From contig JAQGDQ010001300.1 in assembly GCA_030141605.1 (NCBI GenBank), positions 1-48,728 of the forward strand: a stretch of 48,728 nucleotides of DNA. Direction: 5' to 3'. Each line of letters begins with the position of its first letter. Within the stretch, counting starts at the first letter, position 1. Shown one piece after another: positions 12,026 to 24,785 of the stretch. A program made the position numbers and the translations under genes. This stretch comes from Tubiluchus corallicola (lineage: Eukaryota; Animalia; Priapulida). Under the pieces are notes generated by a model. The model was given only the letters and a program-made list of their open reading frames with translations. It made no database searches and was not told the origin of the DNA.

Positions 12026-15000
12026 ATAGATTTGCACGGGAGTTTTTTAGGTCATAATTTAACATTTCCTTTGCTTCAGCTTATTTAATGACGTCATGTA
12101 ATGGTGCCGTCGCAACAATATTGCGGGAGATTTAAAATGCAAACAAACGAAAATTGCTTTCAACGCGAATACGATATGTGCATAAAATTGCTGTAAAGTA
12201 ATATAATTTTTTAAGGCGATTTTTCTGAAACCTACTTCAGGTGCCCCTTTTCTTGTCCTTTAAGGAGATTCAAACCACAAAGTTGTAACACGTTTCTTGA
12301 TTTTAGACTTAAAAAAATCATAAAAGTCTAAAACAATACCAGTCGCAATAGATTTCTCATGCTTTTTAGGTTTTTGGAGATCAAATTATTAAGCACTTTA
12401 TGTTTTGTGAATTAAAGCTAAAGCGAAAGATTATTTGCATTGCGGTATTTGTAACTACAGCAAAAATTGGCGAACAATGTAACTGGGATGAAATGATGAA
12501 AGTATGCAACTAGTTAAACAATTTAATAAGTTTATTATCTTTGCTAAAAAGAGATATTGCTGTTTTTATCTTGATCTTAAGTAAAGTTTTAGTAGTATGC
12601 AAATTTCCGCATTTTTCAATTTAAATTTCAAAGTGATTTTTGAAATCAGGAGATTTCACAATTTTTCAAAAGTCCGACTGAACTACGAATCTATGAGTGA
12701 ATTTCAGGAGTTTCCGGTCCGGATCATGAATAGTTGCAACCCCAAATTGTCGCTACATTTAATTTTTTTCTCGTCACTGAATACAATCGTATAGTGAACG
12801 TGTTCGACGTGGAGATATTACGGATTCATCTTAACCATACTGCTACAAATTAACTGGCTTCAATATATACTGAAAGATTCGTTGCAACATTTTTATTGCA
12901 ATAATTACACCAGAATTACAAAAACATGAATCGTTTCTTTTTCAAAAAAACTTTTCCACAAAAGAGATAAAGTAAGCACTTCCTAAAATTTGAGAAAAAA
13001 ATTAGTTTAACTGGGAAGTGTTAATCTCAAGGTTTCTTCTTTTTATCCCATATTATTGTAGACTATACTGTAACAGGAACATTCCGGCTTCGGGATATTT
13101 AATATTTTTGTCATTAAGATTCTCACTTTTTTAATAATTAATTTTGTCGCCGAAAATTTAAAATAAAAGTGAAAATACAAATAACAAAAATACAAATGGA
13201 AAATTTTGTTTAACAAGATTTTGGAACTTCTGATGTATTTATATTAGTTATCGTGACAATGTTTGGTGTAAGTAAAACCGGCGAATTGGATGCTAGAGGA
13301 AAGCCGAGTGGTCACTATGTGTACTCGTTTGAAAAGTAAAGCAGTACCTGGTCTGTCTAGTAGCTGCATGGTCGACTACCTAGAAAACTGATTTTTGCTT
13401 CTGTTGCCGTGATTAACATGAATGATTCAGTGATCAACATTAGTAGGCCCTGTAAGATGTCGTGTTGACACATATGTCTTTGATAAAAACATATACTATG
13501 CGCCATGCTGCACATATGTGATCAATAAATGGTACGTTTCAGTTTTAAAATGTGATAATTAATTTAAATTAATTCTGGTGGTAAAAAAATTGGAGGAATT
13601 GACGATAGTGTGATTTTGATTTATTGCGCATGCGCGAGAACACGAAAACTGTTTGCTCAGCTAAACTATTCCGGCATTACGTTGATCAGACAAAGACTTG
13701 TCGTAAATTCGTAAATTTATTCTCAGTGGCTTGTTCCCTATAAAATGAGAAAAAGACACAGGGCGGAATGGGTGCTGCGTCTTTGTCTTTTTATTTGCTA
13801 CAAGACTTACTAACTAACCAACGACTTGGTCTAATAATCAAAGCTTACTAAAATGAAAATGTACCACTGTTTCTGACAGCAGTAGTAAGGTGTCTCAAGA
13901 CTGCACTAACAGTTCGCATAGCAGCCCGCGAGCCACGGACGTCTAGTGCTGCCCGCTACGCGCGGCGGGATTTTTTGGAGAAAGGTACACGATACTGATG
14001 AGCCATTATTGAGGCTGAACATGATGGTTTCAATGGTCTGACAAGCAGCAACACCTGTGTACCTGGTGTAATGATACGATTTAATAGCACCAGCGCCACA
14101 CGAGCTCGCAATAATACGATGTTGTTATCCGTTTTACCATCTGGGCGTGTAGGTGTTCCACAAGGCGGTTAAGAGGACCAACTTTAGATAATGCGTTTCC
14201 TTTACTAGCCTAATGCCGCTAAGAATTTATGAGGTTTTTACTAAAACGCCGCGCTCTCGTGATATATTTTACTCATTAGTACTTTGGACTGTTTCTAGAC
14301 TTTTACTTCTGACTAATCGTGGTTGCTTGCCCAGGGGGCAGCGTGGTCCTGGGTGCGGCAAGAATTTTGTGTGAAATTCTCAATAAAAATTTCTTTTTTA
14401 CGTAAAAAAATCTCCAGTAAATATGCTACAATCTAATTATTTGTGCAGTCTAAGTTGTTTTTTGCACTTCGTTTTCTAAAAGTGAAATTTTTCCCTTGCT
14501 TTGGCGTTGTGTGGCATGCATACTTCACGTAATTTATTGCGAAGGGTAATTATTGATAGTTAACGTTTTTAAATTGCGTGTTAGCAGTAAACGTCATAGC
14601 CACTCATCCACAAAATGCAACAGAGGAAATCTTTTACTGAAGAGATAATTTTGCCATGTCTAGTTAAGTAAACGAATTGAGCAGGTTACCAGTATGTGTC
14701 AAGATGCATCTAAAGATACAGAAATTTACACAAAAATATCGCTCATGTCCCATTTTGGAAACCAGGCTGGAAATGGACATGGACATGTCTTTTAGAGACA
14801 CGAAACCACTTCGCCTGGACAATAAGATAATTTATAAAACGATAATAAGTTTTGAGAAGAGGACTTAAATGGCTTCATTTTGTGAGAGAATGTTTGCTTA
14901 TGTAATTAATACTTGCTGGCATAACATTTTAGGAATGATTTATAAGATGTGAGTCCATTTATGAGTCCATGCATTTTTGTTAAAGAAAAGGTGCCCTGTT

Positions 15001-16650
15001 GGTCTAACTTTACTTCTTTAGAATTTGATTAGCATGTACATTCATTACTTTGACATTACAATGACATACATACAGCAAAACAAAAAGTACAAAAATGTAC
15101 AAAATAAAGCTATTACGTTATAGCTATGCTCGTGAATTGTATTCCGATGTTGTTTCTAAATTCTGATAAATTTTCTTGTTTTAAATGCCTTGATAATGAA
15201 CAGTTTTGTTTGAAACCGGTCGACAATAAATCCCTTTTTGATCTAGTTACATCTGTTTGCCAAATACGTATAATTAAATGACAAATATATGTAACTTTAA
15301 TTTAGATACAGTTAGGGTTAGATAATTCATTACTGTAATTTAGATACAGTTAGGGTTACAGCATATGTACAGTTAGCGTATTACGAAAAATAATCAATAT
15401 TGACACATAAAATAATCAATAATGACACATCAATATTGACACATAAAATAATCAATAATGACACATAAAATAATGACACATCAATATTTACATATTAGTA
15501 CTATTTATTCCTTCTTTAAAACACTTAAAAATGTAACAGACGACTATTTTGTTTACTAATGTTAAGTGCTTCAAAAACTGTTGCAATTTGTCGAGATATT
15601 CTGGTAAGATACTTTCAAGGTCACTCAGCTGTAGTACAATTTTTCAATACGTGCCTAACCCGTGAATTATTTCCTAAAAGAGATCTATATGAAAGCCCTT
15701 TTATCTCACAATTTTGCTTGATATATTAGCGTTGTGTTTTAAACGTACAGCAAGGTAACATGTAGTCAAGCACATCAGCATGTTAGGAATGTAGCGTGTG
15801 GCACATTATGCTGTCCCATCTTATGTATTTATCGCTACCGAATACAAAGGTACCGGGACGATTCGTTGTTTGTCCTCGCCGACAAAATCGCACATTTATG
15901 GCCCCTCCACCAGGCCAATGTGCGTTAATTGCCGATTCGCTTTAAAACTTTGCGCGCTTTGTCAACATGGGTTTAGAACAGCTAACAGAGGTCGGTAAAT
16001 TTTCATTACTGTATTTGCTTACGGCGCAATTAATTCTCTACTTACCACACAGTCTCGGTGGCTACAGCGCGTCTCGAAAAAACCGCTCAAATTGGCCGGT
16101 TAATTATGCTCAAGTTTCTCTTGCATTATCTTAACGTTGATCGCTCTTTGAGCGTGTGCCATTCGCAAAGCCGATTAAATCGGTTATCAGTTCGTCGATC
16201 GGCTACATCCGATTTATCGATTACCGAACTAATTTGTAATGAGTCTGACTAGTTAATTTATAATTTCTTATTAAAGGCTTTTATATATAACAGTCTACTG
16301 TTAGTTTAAACGTACTATTACTAATAGTCGTATATATTATATACTAATATTATATTATATTATACATAATAATACCCTACTATTACTAGTAATTATATAA
16401 TAATGTAACTGATATGACGGTTATTCATGTTGCAAAATAAACTTGTTATGTAGTGGAAAACGGTATCAGCTGGGAGCCTGTGACTAATTTTCATTTTCAT
16501 AATAAAAATTGACTTTTCAAAACGTCTGTATTTCTGCAGACTTCTGTAAGTGGTAATTTTACTCTTTGTGTCTCTTCCGTTTCAACCTGTCTTGTTTATT
16601 ACTGTACATAAATTATTGTTTTATGCGTTCAAATTTTATTTGATGTAAGG

Positions 16651-16689
16651 ATAAATAAATAAATAAATAAACAATAAATAAATAAACAA

Positions 16690-16788
<99 letters not shown>

Positions 16789-16792
16789 ACAA

Positions 16793-16847
<55 letters not shown>

Positions 16848-16849
16848 AA
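16651..16849. repeat. (TAAA)n microsatellite
   Basis: Direct reading. Confidence 0.97.
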
Positions 16850-17317
16850 TCGTCATCTATCAAATATTGTAAAACTGGTTGAACTTGAAAAGTTCTCAAA
16901 ATTAAAAGGCAAAATTAGTTAGTTAAATTAGTTAAATTGAATTTACGATTATTAATTACAATTGCTATATTAGCAAAAACGAAAAACCTTCTCCGGCTTT
17001 CTCCGTATTTTTGAATACAATTTGTAGAAGGTCATTTGTAGCAATAGGCTTTTATTCTTATGGATGAATTGCTCGTTATTCAGAGATGATTTCCTTTCAC
17101 GCCTAATTTCAAGTTTCGAAGCAATAGTAAAACTCTAATGAAGCATTATTCATTTTATTTGCTCATTTGCTTTATGCGGTGCTTGAAATGTTTCGCTTGA
17201 AGCCAGTTAGTTATGTATTCCGAGTTTTTGGGGACAAAGTTGGAGCTTTAATGGCAACGCATCCCATTTCTAAATGTGAATAACAACAGAATAGAATGAA
17301 AAGAATGAAATTCTGCG

Positions 17318-18295
17318 CTAGGGTTACAGTTAGAGTTACGGTTAGTGTTAGCGTTATGGTTAGAGTTACGGTTAGTGTTAGCATTATGGTTAGAGTTACG
17401 GTTAGGGTTAGCGTTACGGTTACGGTTAGGGTTAGCGTTATGGTTAGAGTTACGGTTAGTGTTAGTAACGGTTAGTGTTAGCATTATGGTTAGAGTTACT
17501 GTTAGGATTAGCATTATGGTTAGAGTTACGGTTAGCGTTACCGTTAGGGTTAGCTTTACGGTTGGAGTTACGGTGAGTGTTAGCGTTACAGTTAGAGTTA
17601 CTGCTAGTGTTAGCATAACTGTTGGAGTTACGGTTAGGGTTAGCGCTACTGTTGGGGTTACGGTTAGTGTTAGCATTATGGTTGGAGTTACTGTTAGTAT
17701 TAGCTTTACTGTTAGAGTTACGGTTAGTGTTAGCATTACGGTTGGAGTTATGGTTAGTGTTAGCATTACTGTTGGAGTCACAGTTAGTGTTAGCGTTACG
17801 GTTAGGGTTAGCGTCAGTGTTACGGTTGGAGTTACATTTAGGGTTAGCATTATGGTTAGAGTTACAGTTAGTGTTAGCGTTATGGTTAGAGTTACGGTTA
17901 GTGTTAGTGTTACGGTTGGAGTTACAGTTAGTGTTAGCATTATGGTTAGTGTTACAGTTAGTGTTAGCATTACGGTTGGAGTTGCGGATAGTGTTAGCAT
18001 TACGGTTGGAGTTATGGTTAGTGTTAGCATTACTGTTGGAGTCACAGTTAGTGTTAGCGTTACGGTTAGGGTTAGCGTCAGTGTTATGGTTGGAGTTACA
18101 TTTAGGGTTAGCATTATGGTTAGAGTTACAGTTAGTGTTAGCGTTATGGTTAGAGTTACGGTTAGTGTTAGTGTTACGGTTGGAGTTACAGTTAGTGTTA
18201 GCATTATGGTTAGTGTTACAGTTAGTGTTAGCGTTACGGTTGGAGTTGCGGTTAGTGTTAGTAACGGTTAGCGTTAGCATTACGGTTAGGTTTAT
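17318..18295. repeat. Degenerate hexamer-based satellite (GGTTAG/TGTTAG/AGTTAC), telomere-like, with a 264-bp higher-order duplication
   Basis: 6-bp periodic units. The diagnostic variant ggagtcacag occurs at 17774 and 18038. It explains the long repetitive ORFs on both strands. Confidence 0.93.
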
Positions 18296-18569
18296 GATGA
18301 GAATTACGTTACGGTGTCTCAATAACATAGCTCAGTATTTAAGGTAATCAAATACAAAGGAATGAAGTGGGTGTTAAAGTTGTAAGGGATTTGAGGACAA
18401 GATTAAGAGGGTCTCTGAAATCAGAATTCTGAATTGAAGTATTTGTTAGAAACCAAATATCTTCACTAGGACTATTTTAATTCATGTTGTAATGACCCAG
18501 GAAGGTTAACTGACAGAAACTGATAACAATATTGACTTAGAAATGTTGGATGAATTCTCTTTTTTGTAG

Positions 18570-18601
18570 TTCTCACTCTTTCTGTCTTTCTCTTTTACTC
18601 T

Positions 18602-18640
<39 letters not shown>

Positions 18641-18657
18641 CCCCTCTCTCTCTCTCT

Positions 18658-18748
<91 letters not shown>
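18570..18748. repeat. (CT)n microsatellite
   Basis: Direct reading. Confidence 0.97.
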
Positions 18749-19383
18749 TCGTGTAGGCGCACACCCTTGAACTTAAACTTGTGTCTCCGATGGGCTGTTG
18801 CATTACGAAACGTGACTCATGCTTTTATTTTCATGTAAATGAAACGTGTTTCAGCATTAACAACATTTAAATCGCGTATCGGGAAAGAATACAACCGGTA
18901 CGTGTCTAAATGGTTTCGTTATATTGCACGCCGAAGCTTTAATTTGCCAGCAATGTTTATGGCATAGTGAGAGGATGGCCAGCGAACATTCAATTGGTTG
19001 CTACTTACGTGCACTCAGCGGTCGTTAAAGAATGCAATACTACTAAACGAAATTTAGTAAATTAAATTGAGGGCATTAAGTTTATTTCTGCTAAGAAATG
19101 GCTTCATATAAAGTAATGATGAGTCTCCCGTCGTTACAAGAGCAGTAAAGTGGTGAAATATTATTGAGGGCTGTCGCTGCTTTATTGCTGTTAATATATA
19201 GTGCGAAGGACACGTTTCCGAACGCGTTCAATGTATTTGTGTTGCATTGGTGACAATGTGCACAGTTAAAGGAAAACAGTATGATTTTTCATATCCTGCC
19301 TCATTTTGATGTACAGTAAATAGTACACATTTTAGCAGCTATAATACTGCCAAAGCATTTCTGATATTAGCTTAAATAATAGG

Positions 19384-19872
19384 TTAAAGACTGAATTAAT
19401 GACGTCAAACTATTGATGACGTCACAACTGAACATAATTTTCAACAGCATGAACGTGTTGAACGTGTTTGCAAAAGCGAAATTGAAGTACAGTGCTACTG
19501 TACAGCATTAAGTGTTTTTACCCAAAAACTTGACAAATTTAAAATTTAAATTTCAATTATATCGCTGTGTTCAGGTTGAGCTCTCGAACGTGTGCACATC
19601 GTCTCTGTGCATCTATAAACTGAGAGGTACAGCACCTGTTTTCTGTGCAACGCGTTTCTGAGTACAAACGCTAGTGCGCATCTAACTAGAGAATGGCGTA
19701 ATATATGCAAACAGCGAAGAACTAGCGGCGCGAACGTAGAATTACACTTCTGTGCTAACAATTCTTTCACGTAAGCCATTCGTGAAAAAATATTGTATGT
19801 TCCGTTCCATTATTTTATATGGTAGATTGTTTTGAGCTGTATAGTTCAAGACTGGGTCGGGTTTTTCTTTAT
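19384..19872 (+). mobile_element. Interspersed repeat family A copy
   Basis: Colinear with 1592-2108 and begins TTAA|AG. A short inverted, internally deleted piece of the same terminus lies at about 20018-20095. Confidence 0.78.
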
Positions 19873-20777
19873 AAACCGGATACTTGCTGAAGATCCATTA
19901 CGTTTTTCTGAGGTAACTGAAACGGTAAAGGCAAGTTATTACATTCAGGGGGATCATTTGAGCCGTTGTAGTAGCTAGTTTTATGTAGAATGCGGTACAT
20001 GAGACATTTGGGTGTGTTTAAAGCAAAACTGGACCCTATCTTAAACTTTAGGTCAAAACAAAACACACTATTTTTTCAAAAATGATTTACGTGACAAACC
20101 ACCCTGTCTTCCTTTAACACAGAAGCAGACTAAGCAATTTAGGGCACCAAGGCTCAGGGAACACCAAGATGGGAAATAAAATAAATTGAAAACTGACAAA
20201 AATTTAAATAAGTAGGTTAAAGGTCATGAAAATATTACATATTAGTTCAAAATGTAAGGAAGACGGTTACAGGAGAATGATTAATTTTTTGATGTTGGCA
20301 GGTTATCATACCTTTTCTGTAGCCAAATTATTTAGTTAAATTTCATTTTGAAATTAATAAAGAATTCAAGTGGCATAGATCCTGCATAGAGCAAAGGAGT
20401 TTGTTTTATACCGTAATATGCTTGCTGATAATTTATGCAACTTGTATGTTGTATAATAATTATAATTAGACTAATCAGACTAATTTCTTAAACATTTATT
20501 TCCTTGTGTTCTAGTTTATTTAGTTGTAAATATTGTATATTCTCTGTAGTCTGTATACTTAAATTTAATCAGCTTATGTAAAAGAATAACAATTCTCTAG
20601 TAATGAAATATAATAAAAATACGTATACGTTATAAAAATGTGTACTTGCTATGCAGAAAATTTACAACTGTATTTCTGACTACCAGTATATTTATTACCT
20701 GTATAATTTGTGATTATTTTCTAGATAATTTTGTAAGTAAATTTTTTTTAGTACAAGCACTTAAAAATAGTTATAGT

Positions 20778-20986
20778 TAAAGCGATACAACTTTATTAAA
20801 ACCTTTTCTTTACATAGTTCAAATCATGCCAAACGTTCCGACACACTACTGCTGCCATCATCAGTAGTAAATTTTTAAACCGGTTGTATGTTTGTAAATT
20901 TACCACTGATGATGACAGCAGTAGTGTGTCAAACCGCTAGGCATGATTTTAATTATGTAAAGTTTTAATAAAGTTGTGTTGTTTTA
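20778..20986. mobile_element. ~95-bp-arm inverted repeat; Penelope-like pLTR pair, each arm with a degenerate minimal hammerhead ribozyme
   Basis: The arms are imperfect reverse complements (acaactttattaaaac / gttttaataaagttgt; gacacactactgctg.catcatcagt / actgatgatg.cagcagtagtgtgtc). + arm: cca CTGATGA tgac..gtc AAA ccgctagg. - arm: cta CTGATGA tggc..gtc GGAA cgtttgg. Confidence 0.7.
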
Positions 20987-21089
20987 TATATAAATTCTAT
21001 AAATTCTAGTTTAGTTAAATTATGTGAATTATATTGTACGATGATTTTTGGCTTGTGCTTTGGTGAAAAATTATTCAAGTCATAAGTCA

Positions 21090-21520
21090 TTTATTTCACC
21101 TTACACATTTACAATGGTTACATATACAATATCTAGTGAAAGGGCCTACAATGGATATAATACAAATAAGAAATACTGCACAGGAAAAGCCTCAAACACT
21201 GTTCACTTATACACGAAGGTAAATGTGTTGCGGGCAATCAAAAAGCAGGGCTTGTTAGATTGTCCCACGCAGTGATAGAGAAAAAAAAGTAATGGAGATA
21301 ATCTGAAAATTTAAAGTGAATCGTGTGATAAAGAAAACATTTAGTGCTTAAAATGGAATGATGTAAAGAATGAAACTCATATATGGAATGATATAAAAGA
21401 TAGAAAGATTATTATTTTTTAATAGTATGTAAAATTAAAATAACTTGATTAAGCTAACACCACTGTTTTGCAACTACTGTGAGGATGGATACTGATAGAA
21501 ATTTTGATTACTCACTGATA
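21090..21520 (-). mobile_element. Possible L2/Crack-type LINE 3' end remnant
   Basis: Minus-strand stem-loop (tgggacaatc..acaagccctgcttttt..gattgcccg) resembles the hairpin downstream of the 28316 LINE ORF. A degenerate frame NQNFYQYP..NSGVSL lies upstream. Weak evidence. Confidence 0.3.
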
Positions 21521-21780
21521 CTTACTTAAAATTAGATTTTTTTAGCATTTTTTAAGCATTTACTTTAGTAACAAGTTTCTTACCGAGATTTCTGCGATTA
21601 TTTTACTCACCCCCTGCTGCTTTCGCTACAATTTAATAATAATTTAATTGTATTGGATAGGCAGTAGCTATCAAGTGATTAATTATTCTTATATGTGGAA
21701 AACAAGGCCTACCAAAGTTACAAACACAATCATATCACATTATATTACATACATATGCGAATAAATTTTGCCAATGCACA

Positions 21781-22212
<432 letters not shown>

Positions 22213-22915
22213 GTGAAATAAAATACAAACTCAGTAACTTATTTATAACCAAACTGAGGATTTTGTCTTTAAAATTTTGCTGTGTGTAAAGTTAGTAACT
22301 TACATTGTTGAGGTGTGTTAACTATGAAGTTGTAAATAGGAGAGATTCAAGCTTAGTAAATTTTACATGAACACAAAATCTATATATGTATTCTACGCAA
22401 TGTTGATTAAGCTGATGAATATGCAATTGGCAATATTTATAATCACTTGTTATTTCAATGCAAGAACATGTGATCACATATTGCAAAGTTTTAATCAAAA
22501 CACAAAAATTGAAAAAAAATGAAAAAAATCGTGCAATTAATAAACTAAATTCTATGAGTAACTGTCTTACATGTATTATATATAAAATTTTAGTAGTAAC
22601 GAGTTTGTACGGATTAAATACTATGACACGCTAAGTAAACATACGCTAAAAATACATACTTATGAACGAAACAAAAGTATATTATATTTTTATACACAAT
22701 TAGGTCCTGTATATATCTGGTTAATTGAATTATTTAAAATTTCTTGTATTTTTCAACGAGCGTTTTTTACACATTTCCTTTCTTAACTGTTGAGAGACTT
22801 AATTTGCTGCAGTCTGGCAGCACGTGGGCGATTTCGAATGTTAATTTTCCAGATTAATCATTAACTATTATTGATTTTATTACCAAATTTAAACCGATAT
22901 TGATTTTTTTCGTAG

Positions 22916-23094
22916 GTGTGGAAGTGAACGCGACTTTACAAGATTCAGAGAGCAACGTTCGTCGATATCGTACAGCGTTCACACGGGAACAGATTGCTCG
23001 TCTGGAGAAGGAATTCTACCGGGAAAATTACGTATCTCGTCCCAGAAGATGCGAGTTGGCTGCTCAGTTAAATCTTCCCGAAAGTACGATAAAG
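22916..23094 (+). CDS. evx: Even-skipped homeobox protein, exon 2 (homeodomain residues 1-46)
   Basis: [46 protein letters not shown] is the diagnostic Eve/Evx homeodomain. Acceptor tttttttcgtAG| at 22915, donor AAG|GTGCGT at 23095. Confidence 0.97.
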
Positions 23095-23269
23095 GTGCGT
23101 CACTTTTACACACATAACAGGTCAGTCAGGAAGTGATCCCCGCCCCCCCCCCCGCCCCACTCCCCACAGAAGAACAAAAGATAAAAACTGACAAAACTCG
23201 AGAAGGACCCTTTAATTACACTGAGTAAAGAATATTTAGTACTTCGGTTATTTGCAGGTCTGAGAGCTT

Positions 23270-23625
23270 GAAGTTACCGCCCACTCACTGCCGATTTAAT
23301 TGTTTTAAAACCTTTTTCTCAAACAGAATAATTAGAATCCGGAATCCACTCCCTGAGTCTGTCGGTGGTACCCCCTTGGCTCTGTGCTCAGAGTAGGAAA
23401 CTTTTTAAAAACCGTTTAAAAGATGTAAATCTTAATCATCATTCATCTTTTAACAGACATTTGTAAGTAGTCTTGGCTCTTTTAGCTTCTAAGCACAACC
23501 TTTTAACTAGCCATTTTAGCTGTAAAATTTATATCTGTGCTGTATATACGTTTTGTCCTGGTTTATATCTTGTACGTTTTTAGGAATATTTTTAACATTT
23601 TCGAAAAGAAAGATTACGTATTGAG
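23270..23625 (+). mobile_element. CR1-like LINE 3' end (ORF2 C-terminus and 3' UTR)
   Basis: Degenerate translation KLPPTHCRFNCFKTFFSNRIIRIRNPLPESVGGTP../KLFKNRLKDVNLN..NRHL* fits the CR1-group FF.NRV...WN.LP...FK.RL terminus and resembles the copy at 27285-27930. Followed by a tandem-repeat tail. Confidence 0.75.
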
Positions 23626-24125
23626 CTAAACTAAACTAAACTAAACTAAACTAAACTAAACTAAACTAAACTAAACTAAACTAAACTAAACTAAACTAAA
23701 CTAAACTAAACTAAACTAAACTAAACTAAACTAAACTAAACTAAACTAAACTAAACTAAACTAAACTAAACTAAACTAAACTAAACTAAACTAAACTAAA
23801 CTAAACTAAACTAAACTAAACTAAACTAAACTAAACTAAACTAAACTAAACTAAACTAAACTAAACTAAACTAAACTAAACTAAACTAAACTAAACTAAA
23901 CTAAACTAAACTAAACGAAACGAAACGAAACGAAACGAAACGAAACGAAACGAAACGAAACGAAACGAAACGAAACGAAACGAAACGAAACGAAACGAAA
24001 CGAAACGAAACGAAACGAAACGAAACGAAACGAAACGAAACGAAACGAAACGAAACGAAACGAAACGAAACGAAACGAAACGAAACGAAACGAAACGAAA
24101 CGAAACGAAACGAAACGAAACTAAA
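23626..24125. repeat. (CTAAA)n switching to (CGAAA)n pentanucleotide array, probably the LINE tail
   Basis: Direct reading; single switch point at about 23916. Confidence 0.97.
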
Positions 24126-24479
24126 TTATAATTGGATAAGGGTACGATTCATCTTAGTTTCTCAATGGGAATGACGTCACGATTCGTTTCCTCAAGAAAT
24201 TTGAATTTTTATTTCTCATAACAAAACACACATTAAATAGAAAATATTATAACGATTAAAAATATTAAAAATGTGTTTACATTTTCTTGTGATACTTTTA
24301 AGAATAAGGGGCCATCATTTCCTGACACGCCTTATACATTAAAGTAAGATTTAATTATTCGTGTTTCTTCTTAAACTATTTTTCAACTAAAATAAGTTTT
24401 TTGTACCGCTTTTAAAAATCAGTAATTCATTTTACATTACACACTGTTTGAAATTTGGTATATTCGTTCAAAATATTAA

Positions 24480-24673
24480 AAATAATTTATTAAATTGTTA
24501 TGTAATTACATATAATTTATTAAATTATATATATATATTATAATTTTTATATAATATAATATAATATATAATGAATTACTGATATATAATATATATATTA
24601 TTATATTATAACAATATATTATATTATATAAAAATTATATAATATATATATAATTTAATAAATTATATGTAAT

Positions 24674-24704
<31 letters not shown>

Positions 24705-24721
24705 AATTGTTATATAATTAC

Positions 24722-24757
<36 letters not shown>

Positions 24758-24785
24758 TTATGTAATATATTAGTATATTAGTATA
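24480..24785. repeat. AT-only low-complexity / (TA)n region
   Basis: Direct reading. Confidence 0.9.

Noticed and set aside
13995-14065. Hammerhead-like CTGATGA-gcc..ggc-TGAAC
   Set aside because: No GAAA after stem II and no convincing stem III or cleavage triplet adjacent to stem I; not callable as a ribozyme.
17318-18295. True telomere
   Set aside because: Internal position, and mostly non-TTAGGG degenerate units.
17248-18347. Four long ORFs (241-318 aa) of TLTVT/NANTN repeats resembling mucin or ice-binding proteins
   Set aside because: They are translations of a hexamer-periodic satellite that is open on both strands, and lack splice or promoter context.
22900-23136. ORF-track boundaries of the homeobox ORFs (also 30129-30779)
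   Set aside because: The ORF ends include intron sequence; the real exon limits are set by splice sites at 22916/23094 and 30192.
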